Positions 47,891-57,637 of a stretch of DNA of 64,000 nt are shown here, piece after piece. Source of the stretch: an uncultured Actinomycetota bacterium (lineage in GTDB: Bacteria > Actinomycetota > Humimicrobiia > Humimicrobiales > Humimicrobiaceae); the NCBI GenBank assembly GCA_964494385.1, contig CAZBSE010000003.1, positions 7,849 to 71,848 of the forward strand, in the 5' to 3' direction. Numbering within the stretch: position 1 is the stretch's first letter; each line of letters starts with the position of its first letter. Position numbers and translations under genes: made by a program. A model generated the notes under the pieces. The model was not told the origin of the DNA and made no database searches. It was given only the letters and a program-made list of their open reading frames with translations.

Positions 47891-48859
47891 TTATTGTTCC
47901 TTTCGATCTTGATAGTTTTCTATATCCTGTTTAAACTTGCCAAAGCCTTTGTCAATCATCATGAGCAGTATGGAGTGCAGCTCCTGATTGGCCGAAGCGA
48001 TAACTGAAAGCTGATATTTTTTTCCAATACCCATAAGCGGCTGGCTGCATAAATCTTTACCATAAGCATCGGTTACCAGCCCGCCGCTTTCTTTCAATAT
48101 AAGATATCCTGCCGCAATATCGTAAGGATAATTATTAATTATACTGCCCTGGCCGACTTTTATATAATCTTTTTCGAGGGAAGGGTAGTCATTTACGAGT
48201 CTGTGACCGATATCGATATAACAATCGAGCTGGCCTGATGCCACTCTGGTCATTGAAAAAGATGAGCTGCCCAGGAAAAAAAAACTGCCGTTGAAGTTTG
48301 AAGTATCGAGCAACTCTTCTAAAATTTTTACAATGGGGCCGACAGGTTTCCCCCCCAGCCCTATCGACCAAAAAAGAGAATTTATGTCACTATTACGGGA
48401 TAATGAAGGAGAGATGATTTTGCTGCCATTGATAATTTTTGCCCCGGAACCCTTTTTGGCCAGAAATATCCTGCCGCTTTTTATTTCCTGTACACAGCCT
48501 ATTTTTAAGTCCTTTATTTGTGGCTCCTCAGTAAAATCTGATAGAGCAATGGAAATGCAACCCGACTCCAATCCTGAAACGGCTGCCCTGGTGCCATCTA
48601 TGGGGTCAATTATTAAAAGCTTATCCGTTGGCCCTGATTTAATAAGGCCCCTGTCTTCGGAGTAGTAAGCTATGTTCATATTCTGAAGGTAATCTTTCAG
48701 AAAAGTCTCGGATATATCATCAATCAGGAAGGTTGAATCTCCGCCTATGGATTTTCCGGAAATGTATCTTGCATCCTGTTTTCCGAAATATGGCAATATC
48801 GTTTCTCTGATTTTACCGCTCAATTCAAGAACAAATTTTACATTTGCATCATTTAGCAT
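47891..48859 (-). CDS. inositol monophosphatase / fructose-1,6-bisphosphatase family protein (IMPase/FBPase, archaeal-type)
   Basis: The metal-binding motif LIIDPIDGTRAAVSG is characteristic of the family. Confidence 0.8.
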   Translation of the reverse strand: MLNDANVKFVLELSGKIRETILPYFGKQDARYISGKSIGGDSTFLIDDISETFLKDYLQNMNIAYYSEDRGLIKSGPTDKLLIIDPIDGTRAAVSGLESGCISIALSDFTEEPQIKDLKIGCVQEIKSGRIFLAKKGSGAKIINGSKIISPSLSRNSDINSLFWSIGLGGKPVGPIVKILEELLDTSNFNGSFFFLGSSSFSMTRVASGQLDCYIDIGHRLVNDYPSLEKDYIKVGQGSIINNYPYDIAAGYLILKESGGLVTDAYGKDLCSQPLMGIGKKYQLSVIASANQELHSILLMMIDKGFGKFKQDIENYQDRKEQ

Positions 48860-49055
48860 ATTTATAGTATTTTAACTTCTTATTTGATAAATTTCTAATT
48901 AATTATACAAAGTAGACGGGCAGCGAAAAGAGTGAGTGGATAAAATAAGAAATTTATCGTACTTTAAATAAAATTATAGTTTTCTAACTGCAATATTGAT
49001 AGAATTAACCATATTATTTTAACAGTCTGTTTCCGGATCATGAAAGGAATTTCTT

Positions 49056-49715
49056 ATGATATATGATTTTCATACGCATACTTATTTAACCGATGGCAGT
49101 AACAGCCCTATTGAGCTTATAAGAATTGCAATTGTTTCCGGTTATAAATGTATTGCCATAACCGATCATGTCAGTTATTCAAATCTTGATTTTATAATTT
49201 CAAGGGTAGGTAAAGATTGCCAGCTTGCAAAAAAATACTGGGATATAGATGCAATCCTGGGGGTGGAGCTCACCAATGTCCCGGCTAAAAGTATAAATGA
49301 TATGGCCAGAGACGCCAAGGAACTTGGTGCGAAGCTGGTGGTAGTCCATGGTGAAAGTATTGTAGAAGATGTTGAACCGGGGACAAATCTGGAAGCGGTA
49401 AAATCAGAGTATGTTGATATTCTGGCCCACCCTGGAATTTTTACATCAAAAGAAGCAGAATTTGCGGTAAAAAACGGTATTTTTATAGAAATCTCCTACA
49501 GAGTCGGCCATAGCCTGACAAATGGAGTTGTAGCTAATATAGGCAGAGAGGCAGGAGTAAGGTTTTTAATTGATAGTGATGCCCACAGCCATCTGGATTT
49601 ATTCAGACCGGGCATACAGGAGAAAGTAGGACTGGGCTGCGGCTTAAAAAAAGACGAAATAAAAGAGATTTTTGAGAAAAATTATAAGCTCTTTTTTAAG
49701 AGGATTAATTATTAG
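49056..49715 (+). CDS. PHP-domain phosphoesterase (histidinol-phosphatase-like)
   Basis: DFHTHTYLTDGS ... ITDHV are characteristic PHP His motifs. Confidence 0.6.
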   Translation: MIYDFHTHTYLTDGSNSPIELIRIAIVSGYKCIAITDHVSYSNLDFIISRVGKDCQLAKKYWDIDAILGVELTNVPAKSINDMARDAKELGAKLVVVHGESIVEDVEPGTNLEAVKSEYVDILAHPGIFTSKEAEFAVKNGIFIEISYRVGHSLTNGVVANIGREAGVRFLIDSDAHSHLDLFRPGIQEKVGLGCGLKKDEIKEIFEKNYKLFFKRINY

Positions 49716-49808
49716 TTGACAATTGAAATATGATATAATTAAAAAAATTTATTATTTTTGGAAATATAATTTATTTTCGATACAAATTGAAACCAGGAGG
49801 AGGTATAT

Positions 49809-50171
49809 ATGAGCGACAAGAAAAAAACAGAGGAAGTAAAAGCAGAAGTAGTCGGGTCTGAAGAGAAGGCTGGAGTTATGGCTATTATATCATTAATCAC
49901 AGGAATACTTAGTATGCTCTGCCACTGTGTTCCAATCGCAGGTACGTTTATTGGCTTTTTACTCAGTGTAGCTGCAATAGTTCTGGGTGTTCTTGAAGTT
50001 AATAAGATCAAAAAGGGTGAGTCCAGCAAAAAGGGTAAAGGAATGTGTGTAGCTGGTATTATTCTAGGCAGTGTTGGAATTGTTTTTGGAATCATATGGA
50101 TAGTAATTATAAGTTTGGGTACCCTGGGCGGCTTGCTGGGAGGACTTTTTGATTATTATTCCTATTATTAG
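49809..50171 (+). CDS. small integral membrane protein (DUF4190-like, Gly-zipper TM helices)
   Basis: A charged N-terminus is followed by two Gly-rich TM helices. It lies 4 nt upstream of DUF2085 paralog b. Confidence 0.4.
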   Translation: MSDKKKTEEVKAEVVGSEEKAGVMAIISLITGILSMLCHCVPIAGTFIGFLLSVAAIVLGVLEVNKIKKGESSKKGKGMCVAGIILGSVGIVFGIIWIVIISLGTLGGLLGGLFDYYSYY

Positions 50172-50174
50172 AAT

Positions 50175-50849
50175 TTGACAGTTATTTTAAAAATTTTAAA
50201 CTTTTTTGGCGCCGGTCTATGCCATCAGCAAGCTTCAAGATCGTTTGAGTTTGATGGGTTATATATGCCCATGTGTTCCAGATGTACGGGTATATACATA
50301 GGTTTTTTATTTTCCCTGGCAGCAGTTCTTATAATCGAAAGGAGAACAAAGGGAGAATTTCCTTCCGTAAAGACGGCACTGGTCACAATCGGGATCATAC
50401 TGATAATGGGTCTGGACGTAGTAGTTTCGACTTTAAAAATTTATAGTTCCAATAACTATATCAGATGCATCACCGGCTTTTTGGTTGGATGGTTTTTGGC
50501 GCCGGTCATGCTTTCACTGAAAAATATTTTGATGTGGGAAAAATTAATAAAAAAACCTTATCTTAACAGCAAGAAATATTTTTTTATATGGCTGGTTTGC
50601 GGAATTACAGTTATAGTGGCTTTTATGTTCAGCTACGGAAAGATTCTAATCTTCTGGGGGTTTAGTTCGATTCTGGGTACGATAACCATGATTGCATTTG
50701 TGGCATTAATATTATTCTTTGCTGTATGCCGTAAATTGGCCAATAGTATTAATTCATGGAAATATTACTTTTTAAGTCTGGCTGCAGGCGTTGCCGCCGG
50801 TACAGGATTTTTGGGACTTTTCTCTGCAGTAAGAGAATTTTTGATCTGA
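50175..50849 (+). CDS. DUF2085 family membrane protein (paralog b)
   Basis: LCHQQASRSF...MPMCSRCTGIY is the same signature seen in paralog a. Confidence 0.55.
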   Translation: MTVILKILNFFGAGLCHQQASRSFEFDGLYMPMCSRCTGIYIGFLFSLAAVLIIERRTKGEFPSVKTALVTIGIILIMGLDVVVSTLKIYSSNNYIRCITGFLVGWFLAPVMLSLKNILMWEKLIKKPYLNSKKYFFIWLVCGITVIVAFMFSYGKILIFWGFSSILGTITMIAFVALILFFAVCRKLANSINSWKYYFLSLAAGVAAGTGFLGLFSAVREFLI

Positions 50850-51024
50850 CCTGCCTTTTAAATGATTACTTCTCTTCCGATTCCCTGCGATCAACACAGC
50901 GCGGCTTAATTTTTAAAATTTTACGGTACCGGATTTTTTATATAAATTTTTACACAGTTTTTATTCATAAAATTTTTAAAAATTTAAAACGATTTTATGA
51001 TCCGTATAAAACAAAGGGCTGCTT

Positions 51025-51858
51025 TTATTCTTTTGATTCATCCATACTTCCCGGCCTGTAACCTTCAAGATCCAGGGTAATATATAAAAATCCTATTTTT
51101 TTAAATTTTTTTAATATTTTTTCCCTCAAATTACTTTGGGCCAGTTTACGGATTTCATCCTTTTCTATTTCTATTCTGGCCACAGGGTATTGATATCTTA
51201 CCCTTTTCTGTTTAAAACCAAGAGAATGAAGATATTCTTCCGCTTTTTCGATTTTTCTCAATTTTGATACCGAAATCTTTTCTCCGTATGGGAATCTTGT
51301 CAGAAGGCAGGAAAGGGCCGGTTTGTTCCAGGTGGGAAGGTGCAGTATTTTAGAATATTTTTTTATATCTTCCCTGGTCAGGCCGCTTTCGGCAAGAGGG
51401 TTTCTGATGTCAAGTTCATTCAGCGCCTTTCGGCCGGGGCGGAACGTATGAAGATCATCGTAGTTAGTTCCGTCGGCTATGATATTGAAGTTATATCTGT
51501 CCTTTATGGAAATTAATTTTAAAAAAAGCTCTTTTTTACAAATATAGCACCTGTTTATAGGATTTTTCCGTAATGTCTCTAATTCCAGCAGGTTTAAATA
51601 AAAAATTATATGCCTGCATTTTAAGAGCCCGGTAATTTTTTTTGCTTCCAGGAGTTCCTTTTTGGGAAATACCGGAGATTTTGCAGTTACCGCAATTACA
51701 TTTTCACCTAGTACTTCAACGGCAAGCTTTAAAAGAAAGCTGCTGTCAGTACCTCCGGAAAATGCTATAATCACAGATTCATAAGATTTGAGAACTTTTT
51801 TTAATTTATTAATTTTCCTGCTGTTCATAATCATTCCATTATTTTTGCCCGGGAGCAT
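51025..51858 (-). CDS. larE: ATP-dependent sacrificial sulfur transferase LarE-like PP-loop ATP pyrophosphatase
   Basis: It has the PP-loop AFSGGTDSS, the conserved Cys region SCLLTRFPYG and a C-terminus (LHSLGF..VRVRY....ARIE...ITLDLEGYRPGSM) that matches the LarE family. Confidence 0.75.
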   Translation of the reverse strand: MLPGKNNGMIMNSRKINKLKKVLKSYESVIIAFSGGTDSSFLLKLAVEVLGENVIAVTAKSPVFPKKELLEAKKITGLLKCRHIIFYLNLLELETLRKNPINRCYICKKELFLKLISIKDRYNFNIIADGTNYDDLHTFRPGRKALNELDIRNPLAESGLTREDIKKYSKILHLPTWNKPALSCLLTRFPYGEKISVSKLRKIEKAEEYLHSLGFKQKRVRYQYPVARIEIEKDEIRKLAQSNLREKILKKFKKIGFLYITLDLEGYRPGSMDESKE

Positions 51859-51988
51859 AAAATATATAAAAATCTTACTTTTTGCAATAGTAAAGGTAAA
51901 ATGATATTTTAAAAATAAGATCCTGGGAAGCCTGAATTTATTTTGGGTAGATGGAGAATAGTTAAAATTAAAAATCCGGGAGATAAGT

Positions 51989-53164
51989 ATGAAGGATATT
52001 GTATATATTGACTGCTTTTCAGGGATAAGCGGCGATATGATGGTTGGTGCGCTGCTTGATATGGGATTGGATTTTTCATTTCTTAAAAATGAATTGAAAA
52101 AGCTGGATATCAGCGGTTACAGCATTGATTGCAGAGAAGTTAAAAGGGGTTCGATTAAAGCAAAAAAGTTTGATGTAAAAATAGCCGGCCCCCAGCCAGA
52201 CAGAGATTACAGAGACATAAAAAGAATAATTGGAAGCAGCAAACTGGATGCAGAAGTAAAGAAGATTTCTCTGGATATTTTTAAATTGATTGCGGAAGCA
52301 GAGGCGAAGGTTCACGGTCATGATGTGGAAAGGATACATTTCCATGAGATCGGAGCATTGGATTCCATAATTGACATCGTTAGTGCAGCAATAGGTATAA
52401 AAAGTTTAAACACCGGATTATTCTACAGCAGGAGGATACCTCTGGGCTCGGGGTTTGTAAACGGTACGCATGGGAAATTACCTGTTCCCGCACCTGCTAC
52501 AATCGAGATATTAAGAGGGCTTCCGGTTTTTGGGGGTAAGTTCAATTTTGAAGCGACAACTCCTACCGGGGCTGCCATAATAAAATCAATAGCAATCGGA
52601 TACGATGGGGTCCCGCCTTTGATTATTGAAAAAGTTGGTTATGGAGCAGGCAGCAGGGAAGATAAAGGAATCATTAATGTTTTAAGGATCTTAAGCGGGG
52701 CCGCTAAAGACGGACATGGGGCCAGGGCCGAAAACCTGATTATGCTTTCTACAAATATTGATGACAGCAATCCGGAGATTATAAGTTATCTTCAGCAGAG
52801 ACTATTTAAAAATAAAGCACTTGATGTATGGACAGAGCCTATTTACATGAAAAAAAGCAGGCCTGCTTTTAAGTTGTGTGTACTCTGTGATAGGCAATCA
52901 GAGTCTTCGATGGTCGATACCGTGCTGATGGAATCAACAACCCTTGGTATTAGAAGGCAGGAAGTCATAAGATATTCAGCTGGCAGGGAGATTAAAACTG
53001 TCGGCCTGCCATACGGAGAGGTTAGAGTGAAAATAGGCATACATGCTGGCAAAGAGGTAACTGTTTCGCCTGAATTCGAATCCTGCCAAAAACTGGCAGA
53101 AAAAACAGGCATGCCTTTGAAAAAAATATATCAGGATGCCGTTTTGTTTTTTTCCAAAAGATAA
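51989..53164 (+). CDS. larC: nickel-pincer cofactor nickel insertion protein LarC (DUF111)
   Basis: The N-terminus VYIDCFSGISGDMMVGALLDMG is the LarC family hallmark. It is 391 aa long. Confidence 0.8.
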   Translation: MKDIVYIDCFSGISGDMMVGALLDMGLDFSFLKNELKKLDISGYSIDCREVKRGSIKAKKFDVKIAGPQPDRDYRDIKRIIGSSKLDAEVKKISLDIFKLIAEAEAKVHGHDVERIHFHEIGALDSIIDIVSAAIGIKSLNTGLFYSRRIPLGSGFVNGTHGKLPVPAPATIEILRGLPVFGGKFNFEATTPTGAAIIKSIAIGYDGVPPLIIEKVGYGAGSREDKGIINVLRILSGAAKDGHGARAENLIMLSTNIDDSNPEIISYLQQRLFKNKALDVWTEPIYMKKSRPAFKLCVLCDRQSESSMVDTVLMESTTLGIRRQEVIRYSAGREIKTVGLPYGEVRVKIGIHAGKEVTVSPEFESCQKLAEKTGMPLKKIYQDAVLFFSKR

Positions 53165-54234
53165 TATTTTAATATCTCCTGCAGTACAGCCACTGTGGGA
53201 ACCGCAATTAAAAGTCCCCAAATGCCGAATAATGCACCGCCTGCAATAAGGGAAAAAATTATAATGCCGGGATGTACCCCTACTTGATATTTCAATATAT
53301 TCGGAGAGATGAAGTAATTATCTATTTGCTGGATAGCTATAAACAACAGGATAACCAGTAAGGCCTTTAATGGTGAAATGAACAGAGCTGCCAGTGCGGC
53401 AGGTATGGCTCCTATTATGGGACCCAGGAGAGGAATCATATTGGAGAGTCCGGCTATAAAGCCAAGCAGTACCGCAAAATCTACTTTTAAAACCAGCAGC
53501 ACAACTGTACATAGGATACCGATAATGACGGATATTAACAACTGCCCCCTGATATATCTGCCGGCAACTTTATTAATTTTATCCAGAATAATAGCTGCCT
53601 GATTTTTAAATCTTTTTGGTATTATTTTTATAAATATGGTTTTTATTCTGTTTGTATGATTTAGTATATATAATCCAAGGAGCGGTCCCACTATAATATA
53701 AAGAATTATATTAAGTAAGGTCCTGCCGACTGTAGTTGCACTCTGAAATATATTAATTTCTTCCAGGTTGATCCTGCTGATAAAATATTGGGTAATGCTG
53801 CTGGCATCTTTAGGTATTATATCCTTGCCTATTAAGTTTTCAATGCTTTTTATTATGGTGTTTTCCTTTAGAAAATTGTTCGTGATAATGGTAAGGTTTT
53901 CCAGATATAATGGGAACCTTTCTATGAATGTTTCAAACTGATCAATTATTGCGGGGATGATAAAAAAGAATATCACAAAAATAATACCTGTAAAAATAAC
54001 ATATGTTATGGCTACCGCAAAAATCCTGCGCATTTTCTTTTGCAGTAAAGATACTAGAGGAGACAAAAGACAGACTATGGCCACAGCCAGAATCAGCGGT
54101 ATGATAGCTATTTTTATTAAGTATACGATATAAAAGAAAAGCGCCGCTATTAAAAGAAAACCTATTATTGACCATGAAAAAATTCCGATATTCTTTATAT
54201 TCTTTATACCGTTTGAAGGTTTTTTAATTCTCAT
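53131..54234 (-). CDS. AI-2E (PerM/UPF0118) family transporter
   Basis: It has 8 TM helices and the conserved C-terminal stretch GLLIAVPTVAVLQEILKYY. Confidence 0.75.
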   Translation of the reverse strand: MRIKKPSNGIKNIKNIGIFSWSIIGFLLIAALFFYIVYLIKIAIIPLILAVAIVCLLSPLVSLLQKKMRRIFAVAITYVIFTGIIFVIFFFIIPAIIDQFETFIERFPLYLENLTIITNNFLKENTIIKSIENLIGKDIIPKDASSITQYFISRINLEEINIFQSATTVGRTLLNIILYIIVGPLLGLYILNHTNRIKTIFIKIIPKRFKNQAAIILDKINKVAGRYIRGQLLISVIIGILCTVVLLVLKVDFAVLLGFIAGLSNMIPLLGPIIGAIPAALAALFISPLKALLVILLFIAIQQIDNYFISPNILKYQVGVHPGIIIFSLIAGGALFGIWGLLIAVPTVAVLQEILKYYLLEKNKTAS

Positions 54235-54360
54235 AGGACATTATTATATTATATTTTTAAAAAAAATATAAATCCAAGGTTATCAGTGGTTACTGATTGA
54301 AGTAGCATTATAATTGTGATAAAGTTTAAATTCAAAATTAGTGAAAATTAGGAAAGTAGA

Positions 54361-54747
54361 ATGCCGGAAGAATCAGTTGCCGCTTATGTTAACAATATTA
54401 TGACTTTTGCCCTATTTACAGCAGTAATAATATTAGTATTTGTGGCACTTTTTTTATTATCACGTACTTTAATCTATAGGGTCGGGAGCAAACAAAGGAC
54501 AGAACCTGAAAAAGAATTTTCTCTTTACAGGCCTGTAAACTATAGAAGAGATCCAAATCGATTTAAAAATATGTTTATTCTGGGGACTATATTTATTTCT
54601 ATAGTTTTTTTTATATTCCTTATCATTTCTGTACTTAATTATGCCGTAGAGCCCGCAGTAGGTCTGAACCTGTATTTAATCGGGGGCATGATATTTTATT
54701 TTATATTAATAGCGGCGTATATAGTTAAATCCGGAATTATAAGTTAG
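54361..54747 (+). CDS. NuoA (ND3)-like small membrane subunit, tentative. It is the first gene of the complex-I-like operon.
   Basis: It is 128 aa long with 3 TM helices. A loop between TM1 and TM2 (EPEKEFSLYRPV) lies in the position of the NuoA PYECG loop. The NuoB-like gene follows 12 nt downstream. Confidence 0.4.
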   Translation: MPEESVAAYVNNIMTFALFTAVIILVFVALFLLSRTLIYRVGSKQRTEPEKEFSLYRPVNYRRDPNRFKNMFILGTIFISIVFFIFLIISVLNYAVEPAVGLNLYLIGGMIFYFILIAAYIVKSGIIS

Positions 54748-54758
54748 GAGCCAGCAGG

Positions 54759-55154
54759 GTGCCATACATGATCAGAAGTAATCTGAATATACTGGTAGCA
54801 GGATTCGGATGCTGCAAGCAGGAAATATTTGCAACTCAGGGTCCGCTATATGATATTCAAAGATTTGGTGTGAATTTTGTCAATATTGCCGAAGATGCAG
54901 ACATACTGGTTATTCAGGGTTTTTTTAATGAAAAGGGCATACAAAGGATTTTAAGTATTTATAACAGGATGTACTCACCAAAAGGCATAATTGCAGTAGG
55001 GAGCTGTGTTCTGAATGAAAATTTATTTAAATCGGAAAGCAAGCTGCTCAGGCGGTTCAGAAAAAAAATAAAAATAAATATGTATGTTCCAGGCTGCCCT
55101 CCCAGACCGGAGGCCTTCATTCACGCTATTCTGGGAATCCTTAGCAGGAAATAA
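54759..55154 (+). CDS. NuoB/NiFe-hydrogenase-small-subunit-like [4Fe-4S] protein
   Basis: The N2-cluster ligand motifs GCCKQE, GSCV and PGCPP are present. Confidence 0.8.
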   Translation: MPYMIRSNLNILVAGFGCCKQEIFATQGPLYDIQRFGVNFVNIAEDADILVIQGFFNEKGIQRILSIYNRMYSPKGIIAVGSCVLNENLFKSESKLLRRFRKKIKINMYVPGCPPRPEAFIHAILGILSRK

Positions 55155-55189
55155 CTAAAAAAAACAAGTACTTATTTATATTTACACAA

Positions 55190-56677
55190 ATGATTGATGA
55201 TATTTATAATAAAATTTATTCTTCCTCAGAATCCGTAATGATAGGAGAAGCGGGGAAAAATTTAGAATTTATTTTAAAGGATAGGATAAAAACTATTTAT
55301 AAGGCTGGCCAGGATTTGTTGATGGAGGTATCTAAAGAAAACCTCTCTTCCGTGGTGAAGGAACTGAAGGAGAATCCCGAGCTTAAAGTAGGCAGCTTCC
55401 AGAGCGTAGCTGCTTATAGAGAAAAGAGTAAAAAATTTTTAATTATAGGACTTTCATCCTTTACCAATAATTTCTCTGTTCTGATAAAAGTAGAAATATC
55501 CGAAAAAGAAATTACGAGAGTTATGGGCATGATGGGGAAGTTTTATAAGGCATTTAATTTTTATAAGGACAGAAGCGGAATAATTACGGAAAAATCAGAT
55601 ATTGAGATATTTGCTCAGAGACAGGATGGTCTGGATTGTTTTGACTTAACCATCTCAGCGGACGGTGATAGGGCCAAGGAAGCTTTTATCGATACCGGAA
55701 TCAGCAAGATTATGGGCAGCGAATACTATAAGGGTTTGGGAATATATAACCTCATAGCTTATATCGGAAGATTTGACTGGAAGGCAGGTATATTCCCGGA
55801 ACTCTGCCTTTGCGGCGCTTTTGAAGTTCTGCTCCAGCTGAAGGCGCCTGAAAGAGCCAGGTATATCAGGATACTTTTGTGTGAGCTGTATAGAGTATCT
55901 AACCATATATATTTTATATCAAATATATGTAGTGTCCTGGGATGCGATGTTGCTTATAATTTTTCTCTTCTGGAAAGAGAAAGAGTTTTGAGGCTTATAG
56001 AAATTATAACCGGTGCAAGGATTATACCTAATTTCATAAGAATAGGCGGTGTAAAAAAAGATCTAAGTGAGGAGGCATTATCCGCCATCAAAAAAATTTT
56101 ACCGCTCTTATATAGGAATATAAAAAGAATTGAAAAAATAATAAAAGATGACTTTACAGTAATAGAGAGATTAAAGGATATTGGAATTATAGGCAAAGAT
56201 ATCGCCGTAGATTATGGCATATCGGGCCCGAACCTAAGAGCTTCGGGGGTAAGATATGATTTAAGAAAGGATAAGGATTATATATCCTATAAGGATTTTT
56301 TATTTACATCTCCTATAGGAAGAAAAGGGGATTGCATGGACAGGATGCTGGTTAGATTTAATGAAATATACCAATCTTTAAGAATAATAAGCCAGGCCGT
56401 AAATAAATTTCCTTCAGGGGCCTATATAAAGAAGGTAAATTTATCTCATATAGAATTTCAGTTTGGAGCAGTATCATATGGTGTCGAGTGCCCGCACGGT
56501 TTATTCAAAATCTATATAGAGATTGAAAAAAACAATATAAATGCAATGGTGGTAAAAGGCCCTTCTATTAACAGCCTTATTTTAAGCGAGGAGATAATGA
56601 AAGGCAGCAGAGTAGAAGATATCAACTTGATTCTTACCAGTCTTGATATAAGTGCCGGTGAAATAATAAGCGATTAA
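55190..56677 (+). CDS. NuoD (49-kDa)-like subunit with N-terminal NuoC-like extension. It lacks the NiFe-binding C-terminal CxxC.
   Basis: PERARYIRILLCELYRVSNH matches the conserved NuoD / large-subunit helix. The C-terminus (TSLDISAGEIISD) has no Cys where hydrogenases carry DPCxxCxxH. Near the N-terminus only CLC is found where hydrogenases have RxCGxC. Confidence 0.7.
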   Translation: MIDDIYNKIYSSSESVMIGEAGKNLEFILKDRIKTIYKAGQDLLMEVSKENLSSVVKELKENPELKVGSFQSVAAYREKSKKFLIIGLSSFTNNFSVLIKVEISEKEITRVMGMMGKFYKAFNFYKDRSGIITEKSDIEIFAQRQDGLDCFDLTISADGDRAKEAFIDTGISKIMGSEYYKGLGIYNLIAYIGRFDWKAGIFPELCLCGAFEVLLQLKAPERARYIRILLCELYRVSNHIYFISNICSVLGCDVAYNFSLLERERVLRLIEIITGARIIPNFIRIGGVKKDLSEEALSAIKKILPLLYRNIKRIEKIIKDDFTVIERLKDIGIIGKDIAVDYGISGPNLRASGVRYDLRKDKDYISYKDFLFTSPIGRKGDCMDRMLVRFNEIYQSLRIISQAVNKFPSGAYIKKVNLSHIEFQFGAVSYGVECPHGLFKIYIEIEKNNINAMVVKGPSINSLILSEEIMKGSRVEDINLILTSLDISAGEIISD

Positions 56678-56686
56678 AGGATAATA

Positions 56687-57619
56687 ATGCTGGTGGTCAT
56701 AAAAAAGATGTTTTACATTCTCGCGATACTGATAGTGAATTTATATATATGCGAGTATATAGGCAATAAATTCTTAGCCAGGATGGAGCTTAGGAGAGGC
56801 TATAGAATAACCAGACTAAGAGGTGCAGGGTTTCCGCTGGTAAGGCTGTTTAAATATTTATCCAAGGATAATAAGTTAAATATCTGGACTTTTTTTATCT
56901 TTTTACTCTCTTTTCTGATATGGAGCGCAGTTCCAATTACTTCGAATTTAGTTTTGATAGAAATAGATTACAGTCTTTTGGTTGCAATAATTTTTTATAT
57001 AGGGCTCATAGTCATGCTGCTTCTTAATTCAAGCAGAACTTCCTATAGCGCCTTATTTAGCGAGACCAGTAAAAAAATATTTATTTTGCTGTCTTTTTTG
57101 ATTCCGGGTTTATTCAGTATGGCAGGTATTGTTTTTATAAACAGAACATTAAGCTTAAGAGAAATTGTAAATTCCCAGAACCAGTACTGGAACATAATTT
57201 TTCAACCTCTTGGATTTATGACATTTTTTATATCAATACTGCTGCAGTTGAAAATACTGGGTATAGGCAGCGGAAGTTATCTATCCGATGATATAAAGAT
57301 AGGCAGGGAGGGAACGGGTTTGGGAAAAACAGTTGAAAAGATTGCTGTCTATATGATTGTCTTTTTCTTGATTATGATTTTAAACTTATTATATTTGGGG
57401 GGCTGGCAGAATATGCATATCATCAGGGGAGAGATAATGATTGCCGTAAAGTTTTATTTAATGTTCATGATCTTATTGTTACTGGACAAGGCTACTGCCA
57501 GGATAGACAGCTATAAACTTTTGGTCAGGGTTAATTGGAAATTTTTAGTTCCCGTTTCATTGGTTAATTTTATAGTCACGCTTGGATTTTTCATAAGCAG
57601 GAACAATAATTTAATTTGA
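56687..57619 (+). CDS. NuoH (ND1)/HycD-like membrane subunit
   Basis: ARMELRRGYRITRLRGAGFPLVRLFKYLSKD matches the NuoH N-terminal loop consensus (R.Q.R.GPN..G..GLLQP.AD..K...KE), with GPN diverged to GYR. It has 8 TM helices. Confidence 0.7.
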   Translation: MLVVIKKMFYILAILIVNLYICEYIGNKFLARMELRRGYRITRLRGAGFPLVRLFKYLSKDNKLNIWTFFIFLLSFLIWSAVPITSNLVLIEIDYSLLVAIIFYIGLIVMLLLNSSRTSYSALFSETSKKIFILLSFLIPGLFSMAGIVFINRTLSLREIVNSQNQYWNIIFQPLGFMTFFISILLQLKILGIGSGSYLSDDIKIGREGTGLGKTVEKIAVYMIVFFLIMILNLLYLGGWQNMHIIRGEIMIAVKFYLMFMILLLLDKATARIDSYKLLVRVNWKFLVPVSLVNFIVTLGFFISRNNNLI

Positions 57620-57637
57620 TGGGGTGTTTTTACTAAA

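Noticed and set aside
50850-51024. CGGTACCGG palindrome followed by a T-run as a terminator between DUF2085b and larE (convergent).
   Set aside because: The palindrome is too short to form a hairpin with a loop, and no convincing stem was found.
55190-56677. Calling the NuoD-like protein a [NiFe] hydrogenase large subunit (group 4 Ech/Mbh/Hyc).
   Set aside because: The C-terminus has no cysteines, so the DPCxxCxxH motif is absent. The N-terminal region has CLC instead of RxCGxC. No hyp maturation or endopeptidase genes are nearby.
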